Positions 22,125-29,683 of a stretch of DNA of 64,000 nt are shown one piece after another (position 1 is the first letter of the stretch; each line of letters opens with the position of its first letter). Source of the stretch: Candidatus Woesearchaeota archaeon (GTDB lineage Archaea; Nanobdellota; Nanobdellia; SCGC-AAA011-G17; PNOQ01); contig CAYFNK010000003.1 in the NCBI GenBank assembly GCA_964344555.1, positions 9,565 to 73,564 of the forward strand, given 5' to 3'. Below the pieces are notes generated by a model. The model saw only the letters and a list, made by a program, of their open reading frames with translations, did not search any database and had not been told where the DNA came from. The translations under genes and the position numbers were made by a program.

Positions 22125-22587
22125 TAGATAGTATATTATTCAGCCTAAATATAAAAGGTTTTGCTTTTGAAATCATATGTTTTACACGTTCTAGAGTTAA
22201 TATTTTAGTATTATAATTATCAGAACAGATTACAAATTTGTCTCCTTTTACAAATTCCATAGGACTTTCTTTATGTTTTTTTATTAAATCATCTACTTCT
22301 TCAATAAACTCAAAATCACTTTGGGTAAAGGGATATCTTCTTGAACAAATTTTAGAAAATAATTCAACTTTTTCAACAAAACTAGAAGGATTGCTTCTAA
22401 CTCTCTTGTAAACTTGATCATATCTTATGAAAGCATCTATAGAAGATTTCATAGATTTATCAATATTTTCAAGAATATGAACTAATAATTTATTATCTTT
22501 AACTAAAGGATAAGTAACATGGAGCATATGGTCTGCTAGTTTCAGATTTTTATTAGCTTCTAAGACCAAACTCTTGAACTTTTCCAT
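22093..22587 (-). CDS. hypothetical protein, paralog B of the tandem pair
   Basis: 164 aa. Alignable to 21684..22124 (LKLADHMLHV versus LKRSDHLVFV; EFVKGDKFVICS versus EYRKGVTLISRIS). Confidence 0.5.
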   Translation of the reverse strand: MEKFKSLVLEANKNLKLADHMLHVTYPLVKDNKLLVHILENIDKSMKSSIDAFIRYDQVYKRVRSNPSSFVEKVELFSKICSRRYPFTQSDFEFIEEVDDLIKKHKESPMEFVKGDKFVICSDNYNTKILTLERVKHMISKAKPFIFRLNNILSNERILRESKR

Positions 22588-22618
22588 ACAAATAGTAAGT
22601 TAAGAAACTATTTAATGG

Positions 22619-22942
22619 TTATTTTTTCAACTTCAAAATAGCTTCTGCAAGATCTCCGCCAGTTTCTTCTAAAGTTTTTCTTGCTTCTTCTTCAGAAACT
22701 CCTGATTGCTCAGAAACAGTCTTGACATCTTCATCTAAAATATTAGATTCTTCAGAAATATCTCCAGTAATTTGTAGAGTTTTTTGGCCCATCATATCAA
22801 TTTTTGTAACTGAAGGATTATTTATCACTAATCTCTTATCTGGAGTCTTAATTATAACTTCAATAGCATCTATTTCTTCTTGTTTGATGCCCATTTTTTG
22901 CATCATCTTATTCATTTGTTTGGGATTCATTCCTGGCATCAT
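22619..22942 (-). CDS. nac: Nascent polypeptide-associated complex protein (archaeal alpha-NAC)
   Basis: MNPKQMNKMMQKMGIKQEE...EVIIKT is the NAC domain. The C-terminal UBA-like EEEARKTLEETGGDLAEAILKL. The start was chosen at MMPGMNPKQ. Confidence 0.75.
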   Translation of the reverse strand: MMPGMNPKQMNKMMQKMGIKQEEIDAIEVIIKTPDKRLVINNPSVTKIDMMGQKTLQITGDISEESNILDEDVKTVSEQSGVSEEEARKTLEETGGDLAEAILKLKK

Positions 22943-22943
22943 T

Positions 22944-23117
22944 TTACAAACCGAAAAAACCTCCCCCATACCTATGAAGTAAGAATTCTATAATTATAAC
23001 TAGTACTATAAGAAAAAGAACAGTTCCAGGTTTAAACATTATACTACTCTTATATTCATCAGAGTATCTCATTAGGCCCCCCATCCCGGAAGGCATTTGT
23101 ATTTTTTCTTGTGCCAT
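22944..23117 (-). CDS. secG: Preprotein translocase subunit Sec61-beta (SecG/Sbh1)
   Basis: MAQEKIQMPSGMGGLMRYSDEY...PGTVLFLIVLVIIIEFLL is the archaeal Sec61-beta motif (P..aGL.RYy) plus a C-terminal TM. Upstream ORF-track codons belong to the RNase P RNA. Confidence 0.6.
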   Translation of the reverse strand: MAQEKIQMPSGMGGLMRYSDEYKSSIMFKPGTVLFLIVLVIIIEFLLHRYGGGFFGL

Positions 23118-23127
23118 TTTTAATAAA

Positions 23128-23442
23128 AGTGTAGGCAAGCGTAAGCCACGTTTTGTTAGGTTCTCGATAACGAACGAACCCTCCGACATTCAACTTAGCG
23201 TCTCAATGACTTGCACAAGTCGGGTCTGCCGTTTCACCGTTCCCCCACATAAACTCAGCTGGTTAACTCACTTTTGTTACCAAAAGCTTCGCAACATCAT
23301 TGCTAACAATGTAAGGACGTGTCGTTTCTGTGCGGTTGCCTTGGATTTCTCCAACTTAATTTTAAGCGACCGATAATTAGTGCGTGGACTTTCCTCCCAG
23401 TTACAGGTTAGTCGGACACTCACCTACATAAAACCAGACTAA
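23128..23442 (-). ncRNA. rnpB: RNase P RNA (archaeal type A)
   Basis: GC-rich island. On the minus strand: CR-I GGGAGGAAAGUCCACGC, CR-II GGUGAAACGGCAG, CR-IV CACAGAAAC, CR-V ACAAAACGUGGCUUACG. Termini form a P1-like pairing (GUAGG/CCUAC). Confidence 0.75.
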
Positions 23443-23473
23443 ATTTTGATTTATAAAATTAACTATTTGACTA

Positions 23474-23496
23474 CATTGTTAAGTTAGCGGGACTTA
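23474..23496 (+). repeat. Left terminal inverted repeat of the 6.2 kb element
   Basis: CATTGTTAAGTTAGCGGGACTTA, preceded by ACTATTTGAC-TA. Confidence 0.55.
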
Positions 23497-23498
23497 TT

Positions 23499-24479
23499 TC
23501 AAATTAAGTTTGAATTTTTTAGATTTTGTAAATGTTTTTCCAATAATTCTTGGTAATAATTCACTGTTCTATTTTCACTTAAATTTAATTCCCCTTTCTT
23601 TGTTTTATCCAATCTTAAAGCATGCCATAATACCTCATGGACTCTAAATATATCTGTATACAAGTCAACTCTTGTTCTAAAATCTCCAGTTTTTCCTTGA
23701 TATTGATTTAATATCTTTTCAATATCTTTATTTGAAAAATCATTAGATCTTAAAAGAGATGAAATTTCAAATGCCCTATCGCCGACACTTGAATGCTCCC
23801 AATCGATAAATCTTATTTTTCCATTTGGAGTGTAAATGATGTTTTCGGGATGTAAACCCGTGTGTACAAGTCCCATTTGTGAATTATCAAATGCTTCTCT
23901 TTTTTCATTAATTTTTTCTACTCCTTTTTCTGTTGCTGTTCTTGATAATCTATAAATATCATCTTCTCCAACTCTGTCTGCATATTCAGCTATTTGTCTT
24001 TGTGCATGAAAAGGAAACATATGGACATAATCCCAACAACTGTCAATGTCTCTTTTAAATCCTTTTTTATTTCTTAATATTTCTGGAGATATTTCTGCCA
24101 TTGAATTTAAGGAATTTAATATCTGTTCAAGATATGACCCCATTTTCTCCCCCATTAATGTTTTTCCCTCTATCATTTCTAGAATCATTGACTGATTCTT
24201 CAATGAGTCCTCATCATAAATATAAGCACGAGGAGCCACTTCAAAACTCTCTAGAGCTTTCAGTTTATGATACTCTCTTTCAAAAAATTCCAGATCTTTT
24301 CCACTAACTCCATTAATCTTTAAAACAAATGGTTTGGATCCAAATTTTATAAAATGAACCTTATTAGATTCTCCAGAATATGATCCTATGATTATCGGTT
24401 TTTCTTTACAATCATATAAACCTAATCTTGCTTGATCAATTTTCTCTATATATTGTTGTATTTCTATTCCTTTATTCAT
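23499..24479 (-). CDS. Aminoglycoside-phosphotransferase/choline-kinase family kinase (APH fold)
   Basis: 326 aa. Catalytic loop VHTGLHPENIIY and IDWEHSSVGD (the DxxxxN / D-[FW]-E motifs of the APH/ChoK family). Confidence 0.75.
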   Translation of the reverse strand: MNKGIEIQQYIEKIDQARLGLYDCKEKPIIIGSYSGESNKVHFIKFGSKPFVLKINGVSGKDLEFFEREYHKLKALESFEVAPRAYIYDEDSLKNQSMILEMIEGKTLMGEKMGSYLEQILNSLNSMAEISPEILRNKKGFKRDIDSCWDYVHMFPFHAQRQIAEYADRVGEDDIYRLSRTATEKGVEKINEKREAFDNSQMGLVHTGLHPENIIYTPNGKIRFIDWEHSSVGDRAFEISSLLRSNDFSNKDIEKILNQYQGKTGDFRTRVDLYTDIFRVHEVLWHALRLDKTKKGELNLSENRTVNYYQELLEKHLQNLKNSNLI

Positions 24480-25398
24480 TTTTTATTAGAGTATATAATT
24501 TATTTGCACCAATATTTCCAATTGAGGGAAGTTTAGAAAAAACCCAGTTCGGCAATGAGTTTGAGGTTGCTTGAATTCCCATTGGCTTTAATATTTTTGG
24601 ATAAAGTACTCTTGACATATAATAATAAGAAGATGTTGGATCCTCTTCTCTGAAAACTGTGAGTCCGTTATCAGATGTTATTTTAATAAAATCTTCTGTT
24701 AAAGGGAGGCAGTGAAAGGGCAAATCAATTGATTCTAAACCAAAATCATTTCTTAGTTTATTTAGTCTTTCGTAACCTTCCATAAAAAGATCAAAAATAA
24801 ATATCTTACCCCCCGGTATTGTCAATCTAGATAATTCTTCAATAGCCCTTTTTTGTTCCCTTCTTGAAGGTAGATTTGATAAAGCCCTTTTAGCATACAC
24901 TATATCAAATGAATTACTTTCTCTAAGAACATTAGTCATTTCCCCAACCTCAAAATGAATTTCCCTTAGTCCTTTTTCTTGTTTTAAAATATTAGCCATA
25001 TCTATGGCTTTGCTATTAGCATCAATACCCAAAACATAATTATCTCCAGGTCTTGTAATAGCAATTGTACTATGCCCATTAGCACATCCTACATCAAGTA
25101 TTTTTTTACCCCCATAAGGATAAATTCTTTCTCTTAATATTCTATTTTCTCTATGGTTAAGATGTATGTCTGGAAACCCAAATTCTTCCGAATCTCTATA
25201 TTTTGTTGCACGTTTATTCCAAAAGTCTTTATTCATAACTCTTCTTGTGTCTTCAAGAAATACTTCGGGATTAGATAAAACAATTTGTGCATACTCCTTA
25301 GATTTTTCTAAATCAACCTGAGTGACTTTTTTTGCGAGATTATCTAATCCACAAAAAGGGTAAGATATTGTCATTGGGCTTGGAACACTTGCGACCAT
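24472..25398 (-). CDS. Class I SAM-dependent methyltransferase (true start probably the internal Met near 25236)
   Basis: Motif I ILDVGCANGHSTIAI; post-I acidic residue. The N-terminal 50-odd codons of the ORF are antisense to the radical-SAM N-terminal homology, which suggests a shorter gene. Confidence 0.7.
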   Translation of the reverse strand: MVASVPSPMTISYPFCGLDNLAKKVTQVDLEKSKEYAQIVLSNPEVFLEDTRRVMNKDFWNKRATKYRDSEEFGFPDIHLNHRENRILRERIYPYGGKKILDVGCANGHSTIAITRPGDNYVLGIDANSKAIDMANILKQEKGLREIHFEVGEMTNVLRESNSFDIVYAKRALSNLPSRREQKRAIEELSRLTIPGGKIFIFDLFMEGYERLNKLRNDFGLESIDLPFHCLPLTEDFIKITSDNGLTVFREEDPTSSYYYMSRVLYPKILKPMGIQATSNSLPNWVFSKLPSIGNIGANKLYTLIKNE

Positions 25399-25528
25399 TG
25401 CAAAAAGTGAGGGATTTAACGTTGGAGTATTAGATGCCGAAGCACAACCAAGAGGTTCTTTAGAAAATATTGCTCAAAAAATTAATTATCATTCACCAAG
25501 ATATGTTGGATTTAGTAGTAATACTCCC

Positions 25529-26677
25529 ATGTATTCTAATACTTTAGAATTATGTTCATTGTTAAATCAAGATATTCCAATAATTATTGGAGGAGCTCAT
25601 GCTTCTGCGTTACCCAAACAAACTGCTAAAGATTTTAAAGATATGAATTTTTATTTATTAATAAGAGGACCTGCTGAAGATGCGATTGTTGATATACTTT
25701 CAAATACTCCAAAGCAAAAAATTCCTAGATCAGTCTATTATAATCAAGGAGGTAGATTAGTTGAAAATGAGGTCATTCCTATCGGAAGTTTTCAAAACTA
25801 TCCGCATGTAGATAGATCTTTTTTTATTAATGATCCTCTAGAAATTGGAGGAAATATGACTTCTTTTCTATTATCTTCAAGGGGATGTTTTTATGATTGT
25901 TCTTTTTGCTCAATTCATACAACCTGGGATCAAAAAACAATGTTTAGGGAGGTTGATGATATCTTAGATGAAATGAAAAACCTTTATTCAAGAGGAGTAA
26001 GATCATTTAAATTTCTTGATGACTTATTTTTAATTAATTCAAAGAGACTAAATGAATTTTATCAAGGTTTAGGTAGAAGAGATTTATTGGGTAAATTGGA
26101 TTGGTCTGCAAATTCAAGAGTTAATGTAATAAATAGATTTTCTGACTATGATATAACCTTATTAGCGCAAAGTGGATGTGGTGGAATTGGACTAGGATTA
26201 GAATCGGGAAATGATGATCTCCTTAAAACTATCGGAAAGGGTTTTACCTCTGAAGAAAGTAGAGAGTCTGTAAGGAGGCTAAGAAATGCTGGAATAAAAT
26301 CTTATGGATATTTCATTATAGGTTTTCCGGAAGAAGATGATTCTCAGATAAATAATACAATTAATTTTGCTTATAGGTTATCTAATGAGTTTGGTTTAAA
26401 GGCGGGCATAGTTCCATATAAGCTTTATCCTGGTTCAAGAGATTATAAGAATATTATTGGAAATAACCCTTCAAACGAAAGAGTTCATCAACTAATTAAG
26501 TTTAAAACAGCATCTTTAACTCATCCAAATGATCCCGAATCAGTTAAGAATTTCTTAAAACAAAGGGAAAGACATACGGTTATTCACAATCCCGAACACT
26601 ATAATCCCTCAAACATAAGTTCAGACAAAATAGTTGAATATATAAGAGATTTTTATTTAAGGAGCAGATTTGGATAG
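25529..26677 (+). CDS. B12-binding-domain radical SAM protein (possible N-terminal disruption)
   Basis: C-x3-C-x2-C as GCFYDCSFCS, followed by a TIM-barrel radical SAM core. The B12-binding Rossmann homology continues upstream of the ATG to an in-frame TAA at 25361-25363. Confidence 0.75.
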   Translation: MYSNTLELCSLLNQDIPIIIGGAHASALPKQTAKDFKDMNFYLLIRGPAEDAIVDILSNTPKQKIPRSVYYNQGGRLVENEVIPIGSFQNYPHVDRSFFINDPLEIGGNMTSFLLSSRGCFYDCSFCSIHTTWDQKTMFREVDDILDEMKNLYSRGVRSFKFLDDLFLINSKRLNEFYQGLGRRDLLGKLDWSANSRVNVINRFSDYDITLLAQSGCGGIGLGLESGNDDLLKTIGKGFTSEESRESVRRLRNAGIKSYGYFIIGFPEEDDSQINNTINFAYRLSNEFGLKAGIVPYKLYPGSRDYKNIIGNNPSNERVHQLIKFKTASLTHPNDPESVKNFLKQRERHTVIHNPEHYNPSNISSDKIVEYIRDFYLRSRFG

Positions 26678-27052
26678 ATTAATAAGTTCAAGGAAAAAAT
26701 CTTTATAAGTTATAGGTTCCAGATTGGCAAGTTCCTCATATGTAAACCATCTATGATCTGAGTGTTCTTCTGAAATAACTACCTCTTTAGTCGTTGGTTT
26801 TCCAAGAAATACCATGGCCATAATCTCTCCATCTTTATCAAGTTCTTTAACAATCCTAATAATTTCTATATCCAAATTTACTTCCTCTTTAGTTTCTCTA
26901 ATTGCGGCATCTTCAAATGATTCCCCCTCCTCAAGTTTTCCTCCAGGACATTCCCAATTACCACAATGCTCAATTTTTTCCTTATCTGCTCTTTTCACTA
27001 GCAGATATTTTCCTTCATCGTCCTGAATAATAATTTTTACTTGTTTTGACAT
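26657..27052 (-). CDS. NUDIX hydrolase
   Basis: 131 aa. Nudix box GGKLEEGESFEDAAIRETKEEVNL. Confidence 0.85.
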   Translation of the reverse strand: MSKQVKIIIQDDEGKYLLVKRADKEKIEHCGNWECPGGKLEEGESFEDAAIRETKEEVNLDIEIIRIVKELDKDGEIMAMVFLGKPTTKEVVISEEHSDHRWFTYEELANLEPITYKDFFLELINLSKSAP

Positions 27053-27102
27053 AATATAAGAATAAAAGATTAATTTAAAAACTTAACTAAATTCGTATAA
27101 AC

Positions 27103-27597
27103 ATGGATAAAAATATAATTAAAATTTTCAAATATGTTCAAAAAATACCTTATAGAGTATGTAAATTTGAAAAAGAAAAGATTACTTATAAGCTTAAATA
27201 TGGGGATTGTAGGCATAAGGCCTTTTTATTAAAAACACTTTTAGAAAAACAAGGATATGAAGTTATGGAAATAAAGGTAATTTTTGATTGGAAAGATTTG
27301 CCAATACCAAAAGAGATAATCTCAATTTTAAAAAAATCTTCAACAATCTGGCCACATGATTCTTTAAAGGTAAAAATTAAAAATAGATGGGTTAAAATTG
27401 ATCCAACATGGAATCCTGAATTAGAAAAAAAGGGTTTTCCAATAACAAAAAAATGGGATGGGAAAACAGATACTAAACAAGTAACCGAAGGCAAATTAAA
27501 ATTTTATAAAAAAGAAAAATATATTAAAAAAAATAAAATTAATCTTGACGAAGCAAAAATGTTTGCAGAGATATTAAATGAATATTTAGCTGCATAA
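27103..27597 (+). CDS. Transglutaminase-like (papain-fold) domain protein
   Basis: 164 aa. Candidate Cys-His-Asp triad YGDCRHKAF ... WPHDS ... KIDPTWN. Confidence 0.5.
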   Translation: MDKNIIKIFKYVQKIPYRVCKFEKEKITYKLKYGDCRHKAFLLKTLLEKQGYEVMEIKVIFDWKDLPIPKEIISILKKSSTIWPHDSLKVKIKNRWVKIDPTWNPELEKKGFPITKKWDGKTDTKQVTEGKLKFYKKEKYIKKNKINLDEAKMFAEILNEYLAA

Positions 27598-28422
27598 AGA
27601 GATCTGATTTTTAATAGACAATGCTATTTTTTCCAAATTATTGCCATAAATTGCAGCAGTATGGGGAGTTAAAATAAGATTCTCAACATTTTTGTAAGAC
27701 TCTAAATCTAAATCATTTGGATAAGTATCAAAAATTGCTCCACCCAGAGTTCCATTTTTTACTCTTTCAAAAATTTCTTTTTCTTCCAAGATTCCAGTTC
27801 TTGAGAGATTTACAACAACTGAATTGGGTTTAATTATCCCTGTTTTATTTAATCCTATGCTCTTTGTAGCTTCAGACAAGGGAAGAGTGTTGATAATTAC
27901 ATCGCATGACATAAAAACCTTTTCCAACCCTTCCAATCCACCAGAATGAGCAACTTTTTCTAAAGGATTTAAAGGGGTTTCTTTTAAAATCCAAAATTTA
28001 CAATTATAATCACTTAAGGCAGAATAAATCTCCTTTCCAATATTTCCAAAGCCAAGTAATCCTACATTTTTTTTGTCAAAATACTCTTCTAAGGTTGTTC
28101 CAGCTAATTTTCTTATGTTATCCAAAAAATACTGAATTACCCCTTTAGATATAACTGATTTGTCTTGATAAATCGAAATACCTCTTTCTTTCACTTTTTC
28201 TAGTTCAATTTCTTCAGTTCCTGAAGTGGGAATAATTAGTGCTCTAAGGTTTGGTAATTTTCTTAAATCATCATTAGAGAGATAATTTGTTACAAGAATT
28301 TCGGTATTTGGGTCAATTACTCTTTGAGTATAATTCGCAACTACTCCATTATCTTTGAGAGCTTCGACTATATAATTTTCTCTCCATTTTGAAGGCGCTT
28401 TTATCCTGATTGAAGTTTTCAT
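27586..28422 (-). CDS. D-isomer-specific 2-hydroxyacid dehydrogenase family protein (NAD-binding)
   Basis: 278 aa. GLLGFGNIGKEI Rossmann motif. Catalytic region ...LSRTG...DTYPNDLD...TPHTA. Confidence 0.8.
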   Translation of the reverse strand: MKTSIRIKAPSKWRENYIVEALKDNGVVANYTQRVIDPNTEILVTNYLSNDDLRKLPNLRALIIPTSGTEEIELEKVKERGISIYQDKSVISKGVIQYFLDNIRKLAGTTLEEYFDKKNVGLLGFGNIGKEIYSALSDYNCKFWILKETPLNPLEKVAHSGGLEGLEKVFMSCDVIINTLPLSEATKSIGLNKTGIIKPNSVVVNLSRTGILEEKEIFERVKNGTLGGAIFDTYPNDLDLESYKNVENLILTPHTAAIYGNNLEKIALSIKNQISLCS

Positions 28423-28456
28423 AAATCTTGTAAAATCACTTAATTTATATTATTTT

Positions 28457-29401
28457 CTAGTTGCTCTTACTGCGCTTTATCAGCTCTAACCATTTATTAT
28501 TTTCCTTAAGTTTTAGATTGGTGGCCAATTCATAGGGGCAGCAATTTATAGTTTGATGTTTCCTTATGAAATTGTAAAAAATTACATAACCTTTCATAAT
28601 TGCATCTGCACTTTCTACACTTCCATGAAATCCACGAAAAGTTTTAGTTCGTTCTCTTATTGAGTTATGCAATCTCTCAATGTAAAGATTAAAACCTTCT
28701 CCATTTGAAGCAACAACAGGATTATGGATTATATTGTATTTCTGCTCTTTAAGATTCCAGCCCCAAGTTTTTTTTACAACCCCTTTATAAACTTGCCAGC
28801 CATCCGTTGTAATAGTGGTTACATAACCTTCTGTTTTGTATTTAACTTTGCCCATGATTTCCTTGATTTCTTGTTGTCCTCTTGCCTTGAAATATTTAGC
28901 ACTTACCAAATACCTTGTTTTAACATCAATACTATCAATAAACCAATCCTTACAAGTTCCTTTATTTTTATGTTCTTCTCGTCGATGATATTCCATTTCA
29001 TCAACCTGAATTTCTTTTCCAGAATTAATTTTTAATTTGTCTGTAAAACCTGAAATCATATTGGCGTATTTCACAACCCAATTATACACAGAAACATTAG
29101 TAGAATTACTAGGATAAAAAGCTTGGAAATGTTCTTGGACTTTTCTTGTAGAGACTCCCTTATAAAATAAATCCAAAGCACAGGTTACCTTATTGGGATG
29201 ATTTCTCATCCTAAAAAAACCATCGTCAATCACAAAACGATGCTTACAATTTTTACAAGAATACCTTTGTATCTTGCCCCTATTCTCTGTTTTTCTGAAA
29301 CCCCTCTTGATGATTTTTTCAGATTTACAATTAGGACAAGAAAGTTTTTTATAGTCGTTCCCTTTACTATTATTGGAATTGATTTGTGCTTGGTCGTGCA
29401 T
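28457..29401 (-). CDS. DDE transposase with N-terminal zinc ribbon (IS1595/IS6-like), copy 1
   Basis: 314 aa. C-x2-C...C-x2-C zinc ribbon, HTH (KGVSTRKVQEHF), DDE region (QVDEMEY, TTDGWQVY, NN-IERLHNSIRERTK...RGFH). About 50% identical to the ORF at 52295..53233. Confidence 0.8.
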   Translation of the reverse strand: MHDQAQINSNNSKGNDYKKLSCPNCKSEKIIKRGFRKTENRGKIQRYSCKNCKHRFVIDDGFFRMRNHPNKVTCALDLFYKGVSTRKVQEHFQAFYPSNSTNVSVYNWVVKYANMISGFTDKLKINSGKEIQVDEMEYHRREEHKNKGTCKDWFIDSIDVKTRYLVSAKYFKARGQQEIKEIMGKVKYKTEGYVTTITTDGWQVYKGVVKKTWGWNLKEQKYNIIHNPVVASNGEGFNLYIERLHNSIRERTKTFRGFHGSVESADAIMKGYVIFYNFIRKHQTINCCPYELATNLKLKENNKWLELIKRSKSN

Positions 29402-29407
29402 TTTGAT

Positions 29408-29428
29408 TCCCGAGCCCTTCGGGGCTCG
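29408..29428 (-). promoter_or_regulatory. Stable hairpin CGAGCCC-CGAA-GGGCUCG in the transposase 5' leader (about 7 nt upstream of the ATG on the mRNA); also 3' of the RHH gene
   Basis: A GC-rich 7-bp stem with a CGAA loop in an AT-rich context. A similar CGAA-loop hairpin precedes the second transposase copy at 52265-52281. Confidence 0.35.
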
Positions 29429-29443
29429 TTTAATTTATTATGA

Positions 29444-29599
29444 TTATCTTGTTAGCGGATCTTTCTTTTCTAAATCTCCTTTAATTAAAATTGCTATTCT
29501 GCTACTAAGATTAATTCCATTAGCTTCGCAAAATTTTCTAAAATCTGCAAGTAACTTTTTAGGCAGAGTTATGTTTAATCTTCCGTAATGTTTATCCAT
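29444..29599 (-). CDS. Ribbon-helix-helix (CopG/Arc-family) DNA-binding protein, 51 aa
   Basis: MDKHYGRLNITLPKKLLADFRKFCEANGINLSSRIAILIKGDLEK matches the RHH beta-strand plus two-helix consensus. Lies between the right TIR and the transposase. Below the ORF-track size cutoff. Confidence 0.5.
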   Translation of the reverse strand: MDKHYGRLNITLPKKLLADFRKFCEANGINLSSRIAILIKGDLEKKDPLTR

Positions 29600-29660
29600 A
29601 CTTATTAATGAGTATTGCTACTATTTAAATGTTTCTCTAAACTTCTTAGTTACAACTCGC

Positions 29661-29683
29661 TAAGCCCCGCTAACTTAACAATG
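29661..29683 (-). repeat. Right terminal inverted repeat of the 6.2 kb element
   Basis: The reverse complement is CATTGTTAAGTTAGCGGGGCTTA, followed on the plus strand by C-ACTATTTGAC. Confidence 0.55.

Noticed and set aside
23128-23442. GC-rich ncRNA island considered as SRP (7S) RNA
   Set aside because: It contains the RNase P hallmarks (GGAAAGUCC, GGUGAAAC, ACAGAAA, GGCUUACG) rather than the SRP helix-8 motifs, so it was called rnpB.
29447-29461. TTGTTAGCGGATCT as a third (internal) TIR copy
   Set aside because: It resembles the TIR only with a 5-nt gap. It lies inside the RHH coding sequence and is mentioned only as a possible binding half-site, not as a repeat feature.
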